Origin: Promethearchaeota archaeon
GTDB lineage: Archaea > Asgardarchaeota > Lokiarchaeia > Sigyniarchaeales > SOKP01
Direction of reading: 5' to 3'
DNA: 64,000 bases
NCBI GenBank assembly: GCA_019057865.1
Contig: JAHLWP010000009.1
Location: forward strand, 32,001 to 96,000
A model generated the notes under the pieces. That model was not told where the DNA came from. It worked only from the letters and a program-made list of their open reading frames with translations, and searched no databases. Within the stretch, counting starts at the first letter, position 1; every line of letters starts with the position of its first letter. Below, in pieces: positions 58,004-64,000 of the stretch. The position numbers and the translations under genes were made by a program.

Positions 58004-58750
58004 TTAGCTCTTTCTAAATCTTAAATAGAATGTGTCTTTTTCTTCTTCTTTTTTTAATATTTTAAAACCTATATTTTTAGCCAAGTCTGAGTTATGATCC
58101 ATATCCTGTTCTTTATTCCATAATATACCATAACCACTTTCAATCATTTTATCATTAATTTTTACATTAAGCCTTATACCATAGATATCTCTTTTATTAT
58201 TACCTCTATTTGGTATAGTTAAATCCCAGAGCACAAATTCACCATCTTTTTTCAAAACTCTATATATTTCTTCAAAGACTTTTTTGTGATCCGCTATTGG
58301 GATATACATCATAGTGTAAAATGCTGTGACGGTATCAAATGTATTATCTAAAAATTGTAAATCTTTAGCATCCATAATTATTTTTAAATCTTTGTCACTC
58401 GGAGCCTCTTTGAGTTCACTTTTATTAGGATCTATTGCAACAACCTGTTCGCCTTTAAATTGTCCTATTACACCTTGTCCACCTCCCCCAATATCTAAGA
58501 TCCTCCCTTTTAATTCAATTTTTGATAAATCAATTGTGTGAGGGCCCACCATTATAGCTCTTTCTTCAGCTAATAACTCCATGAACTCATTAATAGCATC
58601 TTGATTCGCATGCCACTCATTTTCTATTTTTTTTCCTTTAATTTTACCTTCTTCAAAATATCCTCTTATTTCTTCAGCACTTATCTTTTTATGGAACATC
58701 TCGCTAATATCATTAATATTAAAATATTCAACATTATCAATTTCTTTCAT
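58004..58750 (-). CDS. HTH / class I SAM methyltransferase fusion
   Basis: N-terminal EIRGYFEEGKIKGKKI..W excisionase-like HTH; ILDIGGGG, F.DNTFD, RVLK.DG. Confidence 0.85.
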   Translation of the reverse strand: MKEIDNVEYFNINDISEMFHKKISAEEIRGYFEEGKIKGKKIENEWHANQDAINEFMELLAEERAIMVGPHTIDLSKIELKGRILDIGGGGQGVIGQFKGEQVVAIDPNKSELKEAPSDKDLKIIMDAKDLQFLDNTFDTVTAFYTMMYIPIADHKKVFEEIYRVLKKDGEFVLWDLTIPNRGNNKRDIYGIRLNVKINDKMIESGYGILWNKEQDMDHNSDLAKNIGFKILKKEEEKDTFYLRFRKS

Positions 58751-58875
58751 AATTATCTTATAATATATACTAGAATATTAAAATCTTTTAAAAAATAAAA
58801 ACAAGGTAGACCTTAAATGAATTTAAATAATATATTTATAAAAAGTTTGGAAAGAAGCTAATGACTAGTTAAGAA

Positions 58876-59322
58876 TTAGCATAGTCGTCCTTCCTTTTTA
58901 TAGCAATCAAAAGTACTATCTAAATTTCCAATATAATTTATCATGGAATTGTACCATTTATCCAATAATTCTCGAAATTGTTTTTTTACAAATTCTAAAT
59001 CTTTTGCACTATAAGCGTAAAGATACCCTCGTTTATTTATGTCTTTTTTTCCTTTAAATTCAAAGAATTCTTTTCTAGACAATGATTCTCTCTTAATAAT
59101 TTTTAGTTCAATTAAATTTTGAAGTGCTCTTTGAATTGAGCTTCTATCTTTATTAAAAGCATTTTTTAATTCTCCTGTACTAACTTTTTTATTTTTTAAT
59201 AAATAGGAAAAAATGGTCGATTCTAATTCATTAAGACCAAGAATGCATTTAAACAAATTACCACTTCTATAAATATTTTTATCTTCTAACATGTTTTTTA
59301 ATTGTTTAGAAATACTTTCCAA
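58876..59322 (-). CDS. TrmB-like winged-helix regulator
   Basis: CILGLNELE, DRSSIQRALQNL, RGY.Y.Y. Confidence 0.85.
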   Translation of the reverse strand: MESISKQLKNMLEDKNIYRSGNLFKCILGLNELESTIFSYLLKNKKVSTGELKNAFNKDRSSIQRALQNLIELKIIKRESLSRKEFFEFKGKKDINKRGYLYAYSAKDLEFVKKQFRELLDKWYNSMINYIGNLDSTFDCYKKEGRLC

Positions 59323-59389
59323 GAGGTTTCACCATATGTACTTTTTTGAAAATTAAAATAAAAAGGATAAATTGCAAAATTGAGCTGAT

Positions 59390-59791
59390 TTAAGATTTAA
59401 GTTTTTCGAGAATTTGTTTTAAGGTATCATAATTCATTACTCCAACAATTTTCCTTACAAGTTTCCCGTTCTTAATAAGGAGAGTGGTTGGAATTGCTGT
59501 AACACCAAAATATTGTGCTATAGACGGATTTTCATCAACATTAACTTTAACAAATATGAAAGCATTAGAATATTCTTGTTGTAATTTCTCAAAAATTGGG
59601 GCAAAGATCTTACAGGGTCCGCACCATACCGCCCAGAGATCTATTATTACGATCTTATCTGGAAAATCTTTTGTCAATTTATTCAATTCGTTAATATCAT
59701 GAAGTTTTATAATTTCATTTGGCATTGATTTCTTCTTTAATAACATTTCTACTTTTCTCTGTCTAATTTTTTGTAATTCATCACCCGACAT
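59390..59791 (-). CDS. trxA: Thioredoxin
   Basis: WAVWCGPCK active site. Confidence 0.95.
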   Translation of the reverse strand: MSGDELQKIRQRKVEMLLKKKSMPNEIIKLHDINELNKLTKDFPDKIVIIDLWAVWCGPCKIFAPIFEKLQQEYSNAFIFVKVNVDENPSIAQYFGVTAIPTTLLIKNGKLVRKIVGVMNYDTLKQILEKLKS

Positions 59792-59818
59792 TTTTCAACA
59801 TTCTTCTTTAATTTATTT

Positions 59819-59848
59819 AAAGTTGTGAAGAATTTTAATCACAACTTT
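59819..59848. promoter_or_regulatory. AAAGTTGTGA-N10-TCACAACTTT operator upstream of trxA-regulator operon
   Basis: Perfect 10-bp inverted arms about 28 nt upstream of the trxA start. Confidence 0.65.
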
Positions 59849-60101
59849 CTTATGTAAAAAAAGTAAAAATTGGTATTTAAACGTCTTTATTATGAAAAAA
59901 AATTCATAACTAAAATGTGGATGTATAAAAAAATTCATTTTTTAAATTACTAAATAAATTAAAAATATTTGACAACTATTATCTTTTTTATAAGGGTAAC
60001 TAATTTAAATGTACAAAAATATCATAAATTTGCTTTTAATAATACTTATAAGACTAAATTTCTTTAATTAAATTTAAAAGAAGCTCATAGTTTTTATCTA
60101 A

Positions 60102-60854
60102 ATGAAAATTCATTCGCTATTTATTTTAACAAAAGCAGGAGTTTGCATTTATAGCAGGAATTTTACAGAAGATTTTGAGAATATTGAGCCAAATTTAATT
60201 ACCCCTTTCTTTTCAGCTATCTTTTCCTTCTCTGAAAATGTAATCATGCAACAAACCCCTGAAATTATCGAAATGGGTGATTTTAGGTTTGTTTTCAGAA
60301 TACAGAAAGATTTCATATATACAATATTATCAGATTCAAGCGCAAGTCTATTATATATTAGTTCTCGATTAGCCAGTATAATAGATGCATTTGGAGTTTT
60401 CTTGAAAGCAGCTGATATTGATGATTATCAAATAATTGAGAACCATGCATTTGATCTCAAGATTGATTCTATAATTACAGGTGAAGCTGAATTGACGTTA
60501 AATAGAGCTTTATATAGGAAAATAATCGATCACATTAAAAGCTTGGTGTTTGAGAACGAAATCATTGGAGCAGCACTTTTTTCAATTAATGGAAAAGTTA
60601 TTTATTCATCGCTACCTCAAGATATCTTATTATCCTCATTAAAAGAACTAGAAATACGATATAAAGTAGCACATGAATTTAACATGACCTTTTACAGTTT
60701 GGAAAATAATCAAAAAGTATTTTCAAAAATTATTGAAATTCCGTGGAAATTAGAACCTCTAATTATCGTAATTTTATTTGATTCGACCGTTCCACTTGGA
60801 ATGGCTGAAGTTAATTTAGATAAAACAGCTAAAACAATACAAAACATTATTTAA
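60102..60854 (+). CDS. Longin-domain / roadblock-like fusion (Asgard eukaryotic-signature type)
   Basis: IHSLFILTKAGVCIYSRNF...LITPFFSAIFSFSE longin pattern; IIGAALFSINGKVIYSSLP roadblock/profilin-like pattern. Confidence 0.75.
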   Translation: MKIHSLFILTKAGVCIYSRNFTEDFENIEPNLITPFFSAIFSFSENVIMQQTPEIIEMGDFRFVFRIQKDFIYTILSDSSASLLYISSRLASIIDAFGVFLKAADIDDYQIIENHAFDLKIDSIITGEAELTLNRALYRKIIDHIKSLVFENEIIGAALFSINGKVIYSSLPQDILLSSLKELEIRYKVAHEFNMTFYSLENNQKVFSKIIEIPWKLEPLIIVILFDSTVPLGMAEVNLDKTAKTIQNII

Positions 60855-60944
60855 AATTCCATATTCTTAACCTTTTCAGAAAGAAAATAAGAAGTAGGTT
60901 TTAAGAAAAACCTTATTTATTGTTGTTTATTTTGAAACTTAATT

Positions 60945-62213
60945 ATGTTTGATGTTATTGTCATTGGCGCTGGAGTATCAGGTGCTTCTTTTGCAAACAA
61001 AATTTCAAAATATGCAAAGACACTTCTTATAGAAGCCCAAGATTATGAAACAGAGATTCCAATAAGAACAAATATTTTTCCAGAACATAATAGGCCTTTT
61101 ATCCAGAATGAAATTGATTGGGAAAACAGTTCAATCTTTCCTTGTAAACACACGAAATCAAATTACATGAGTGATGAATTTAATGGCGTTATCGATTCTA
61201 CCGAATTTGGAATACCTTTAGGAAATATATGCTATACTGAAAATCTTATTGGAGAATTAATAAATCAGTTTGAACAACAGGGGGGAAACTTTAACTCTAA
61301 TGAGAGAATCTCAAAAATAAACAGACACAGTGATCATTTAGAATTAATCAATGCTAAGGGTGTTTCTTATTCAACAAAACTATTGATATTGGCAACTGGC
61401 TCACGTGGATTTGATCTACAGCGATCTCTGGGATTCGAAATTCCAGATCATTATACAGGGACCTATCTCCATCTATTTGGAGATGAAAACAAAATAAATG
61501 AGAATATTGAATGGAACTATACTTTTCACATCAATCCTAAAATAAGTTGGAATGGCCCTTTTTTCTTTAATAAAGGTAAAGAGAGAATTTCAGCAGGATT
61601 TTTAGGTGAAAAAAATCAATCCAAAGAGGAAATTATTTCTAAACTTGAAAGAATTTTAAAAAATTATAAACCTATCCAACCGTTTATTGAAGGGTTAAAA
61701 TATAACTTATCATCAGCAGTTGTAGGTGACATCTCTAAACATCCAATTAAAAGGTTCTCAAACGATCGAGTTCTTGTTCTTGGTGAAGCAGCGGGAATAG
61801 TAACTGCTTTTTTTTATGAAGGATTGTTGCCTGGAGTAGCTTGTGCTGATATAGCAACTAACACTTTAAAGGCGTTATTAGAAAAAGGCAGTAATTTTAG
61901 CCGATCAGAACTACAAAAATATGATCAAGAAGTTAGACGCATCTTAATGCCTTATTTTAAGAATGGGAATGCCCTTGAATACTTGATCTATAATGAAGGG
62001 TCCTATGTGAAGTCTTTATGGCGCTTATATACAGAACTACTTAATGAAAATAAATTAGCAAGAAAGTACATTTATGAAGCATATATTAACCATGATCTAG
62101 CAAACCATAATACAAGTAATGATAGATATGTTGGGGAAAAATGGTTCGGAAAGCTTCCCGTACTTTCAAAAATAACATTAAGTCCACGATTTTTTAAAGC
62201 TATGTTGTTATAA
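60945..62213 (+). CDS. FAD-dependent oxidoreductase (geranylgeranyl reductase-like)
   Basis: DVIVIGAGVSG, ILATG, LVLGEAAG...EG. Confidence 0.8.
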   Translation: MFDVIVIGAGVSGASFANKISKYAKTLLIEAQDYETEIPIRTNIFPEHNRPFIQNEIDWENSSIFPCKHTKSNYMSDEFNGVIDSTEFGIPLGNICYTENLIGELINQFEQQGGNFNSNERISKINRHSDHLELINAKGVSYSTKLLILATGSRGFDLQRSLGFEIPDHYTGTYLHLFGDENKINENIEWNYTFHINPKISWNGPFFFNKGKERISAGFLGEKNQSKEEIISKLERILKNYKPIQPFIEGLKYNLSSAVVGDISKHPIKRFSNDRVLVLGEAAGIVTAFFYEGLLPGVACADIATNTLKALLEKGSNFSRSELQKYDQEVRRILMPYFKNGNALEYLIYNEGSYVKSLWRLYTELLNENKLARKYIYEAYINHDLANHNTSNDRYVGEKWFGKLPVLSKITLSPRFFKAMLL

Positions 62214-62252
62214 ATATTAGAAATATAATAAAAAACAGAAATTTTTTTCTCC

Positions 62253-63365
62253 TTATTTCTTAATATTTAATAATTCTATCCGTTCTTTTTTTTCTTCAAC
62301 TTTTCTAACTAAAATTACCGCTACTCTGCCAATTTGTGCCTTTAAAGAAGCTTTTATCCCATATTTCTTATATATGAGTCTAATTAATAGAGATAACAAA
62401 ATGTATGTCCCTATTGCAGCGATACAGAAGGTTAATGCATTCAATTGATTTAAAAAAATAAAATATATGATATTATGTGAAAAATAGATGGTGAAAGAAT
62501 AAAAAGAGTAGAAATAGAATAATCTATAGCTCTTTTCTACTTTTATGACTTCGAATTCTTCAAGGATTAATAAAATAGAAAGTGAAGTTAATATTACTCC
62601 TAGTGAATATATTGTCGATGAAAAAGTTTTATGTGTTAAAAAACCAGGAAAAAGAAACAAAACCGCAAATAATATAAAAATTGTGCCCATTATTAATGAC
62701 GGGAGTATTAATTTATAAATTAATGCCAATCTTCTTTCTTTTTGATCATCTTTGAGATATATTTCAAACATGATATCTCCTACAACCATTCCTATTAAAA
62801 AGAAACTGAAATAATATAGAATGGGATGTAAACCATTATACAAAACATGATATAAGGCTCCAAAAATGTTAACTTGTCCTTCATAAGGCAAAAGAATTGA
62901 CTGAATGTAATAATGACTAATCCAAATAATCACGGCAAATATGATTCTAAATGATTTTGAAGTTTTTAACAGTAAAAATGCTAATAATAGGGATATAGCT
63001 ATTGTAAGTGGTATATACCATTTCCAAATATCTAAAGGATTTAACGTTCCTATTGCAGTACCGCTAGAGTAAAGTAGAGCTAAAACTAATATTAGTAAAG
63101 CTCGAAATAAATATTCATTATTTACTTGTTTTATACTTTTATCATCCGAAGCTTCAGCTTTAGTAAGTCTACTCCTGAAAAATAATACCGTACTTATTCC
63201 TGAAACAAGTAAAAATCCAGTACCTACTATATCACCTAAAATTGAATGAAGTGCTGCAGTTAACCAACGATCTTCAGGTCTCACCCACCAATCAATTATA
63301 TGTCCAAGAACCATTATAAACATGCACCACCCGCGAATAGTATCTATGCTTTTTATCCTCTTCAT
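62253..63365 (-). CDS. DUF1624 / HGSNAT-like membrane acyltransferase
   Basis: RIKSIDTIRG..M.IM..GH, F.LVSGIS, YFSH; about 10 TM segments. Confidence 0.82.
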   Translation of the reverse strand: MKRIKSIDTIRGWCMFIMVLGHIIDWWVRPEDRWLTAALHSILGDIVGTGFLLVSGISTVLFFRSRLTKAEASDDKSIKQVNNEYLFRALLILVLALLYSSGTAIGTLNPLDIWKWYIPLTIAISLLLAFLLLKTSKSFRIIFAVIIWISHYYIQSILLPYEGQVNIFGALYHVLYNGLHPILYYFSFFLIGMVVGDIMFEIYLKDDQKERRLALIYKLILPSLIMGTIFILFAVLFLFPGFLTHKTFSSTIYSLGVILTSLSILLILEEFEVIKVEKSYRLFYFYSFYSFTIYFSHNIIYFIFLNQLNALTFCIAAIGTYILLSLLIRLIYKKYGIKASLKAQIGRVAVILVRKVEEKKERIELLNIKK

Positions 63366-63538
63366 TTATAATCCTTCGATTTTGTATGTACAATTTTAAT
63401 TACAATAGGAATTAGTTTAGCTTTATCACCTTTAATTAAATAATAACAAGAGATATAAACAGAAATATATTAGTATCCTTATAATTTTTTTTGAAATATT
63501 TTTTCCTTAAAAATTAGTATTGAACATTTATGTACTGA

Positions 63539-63588
63539 ACTTGAATAGGTATAATTTGAACCTGAAAAGGTTGAATACCTAGTCAAGT
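63539..63588 (+). ncRNA. Candidate structured RNA hairpin with GAAA tetraloop
   Basis: Pairings ACTTGA/TCAAGT, TAGGTAT/ATACCTA and AACCT-GAAA-AGGTT in an otherwise AT-rich intergenic region. Confidence 0.35.
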
Positions 63589-63767
63589 AATATGTTTTAA
63601 ATCTTTTGTAAGAATTTTTTATTACTTTTTTCTTCACATTTTATACTTTTTAAAATGTCAATAATCAAAAACTGTTTACTTGTTTTAACTAAAAACTAAA
63701 GTAAACTAATAATAAAAATCATTAACAATATCAATGAAAAAGAGAATTAGGAGATATTTTTTTTCCT

Positions 63768-63965
63768 TTATTCGTAAATCAATAAAGGATTCTTGTTTTC
63801 ATCCGTTCTTAAACTCTTAATATAACTAGCCAGGATATCTTCCTGAATTTTTACAATATCAGAATTGTAATTCGTACAATTCCATCCGTATGTCTTTCGA
63901 TCATCCTCAAATATTATACCTGTAGAGAATCTGTGTTTAACACCACATTTCGTACAATATTGCAT
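63768..63965 (-). CDS. Small Zn-ribbon-like protein
   Basis: YCTKCG at N-terminus; second pair degenerate (CTNY). Confidence 0.55.
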   Translation of the reverse strand: MQYCTKCGVKHRFSTGIIFEDDRKTYGWNCTNYNSDIVKIQEDILASYIKSLRTDENKNPLLIYE

Positions 63966-64000
63966 TTTTAGTCACTTATTTTTAAACTTTTTTCAGATAT

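Noticed and set aside
1442-58798. Antisense or overlapping ORFs in the track (e.g. 1442..1897, 4026..4448, 5925..6380, 18453..19094, 26645..27028, 37398..37805, 48764..49105, 52190..52723, 54498..54815)
   Set aside because: They shadow well-supported genes on the opposite strand or frame and lack recognisable motifs.
63539-63588. Canonical SECIS element
   Set aside because: The upper stem is too short for the eukaryote-like SECIS geometry and no UGA-containing gene lies on that strand nearby; kept only as a generic structured element.
1-64000. CRISPR array, rRNA, tRNA, transposase or integrase
   Set aside because: No repeat-spacer periodicity, no GC-rich structural RNA block and no recombinase motifs seen by eye.

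Overview
AT-rich (roughly 30% GC by eye), gene-dense archaeal chromosomal segment, most consistent with an Asgard archaeon of the Lokiarchaeia type. This rests on a longin-roadblock fusion, lineage-typical orphan domains, two tungsten-type aldehyde:ferredoxin oxidoreductases, TATA-type promoters and frequent TTG starts. About 70 CDS are visible, with no rRNA, tRNA, CRISPR array or transposase. Content: partial Fpg glycosylase; two paralogous RHH-PIN toxin-antitoxin pairs and a HEPN-MNT pair; three radical SAM/SPASM genes (one split by an in-frame TAA); many hydrolases and flavoenzymes; a sulfur-relay/cysteine locus (MoeB/E1, TusA, PP-loop thiolase, Lrp, CysK, ubiquitin-like MoaD/SAMP, orphan binding protein); lactate dehydrogenase; a fatty-acid/aldehyde cluster; and a metal-transport cluster. 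The best hidden signal is an unannotated 27-codon ORF directly upstream of cysK. It has an in-frame TGA next to CxxC and ends in GDGI, the same C-terminal motif E. coli CysE uses to dock into the CysK active site, so it is a candidate recoding-controlled CysK-regulating micropeptide. Other highlights: probable AUA/AUU start codons in three genes, a basic triple-repeat protein, a Zn-ribbon-HEPN protein, several operator palindromes, a duplicated promoter and a structured-RNA candidate. All functional calls come from motif recognition only; no searches were run.
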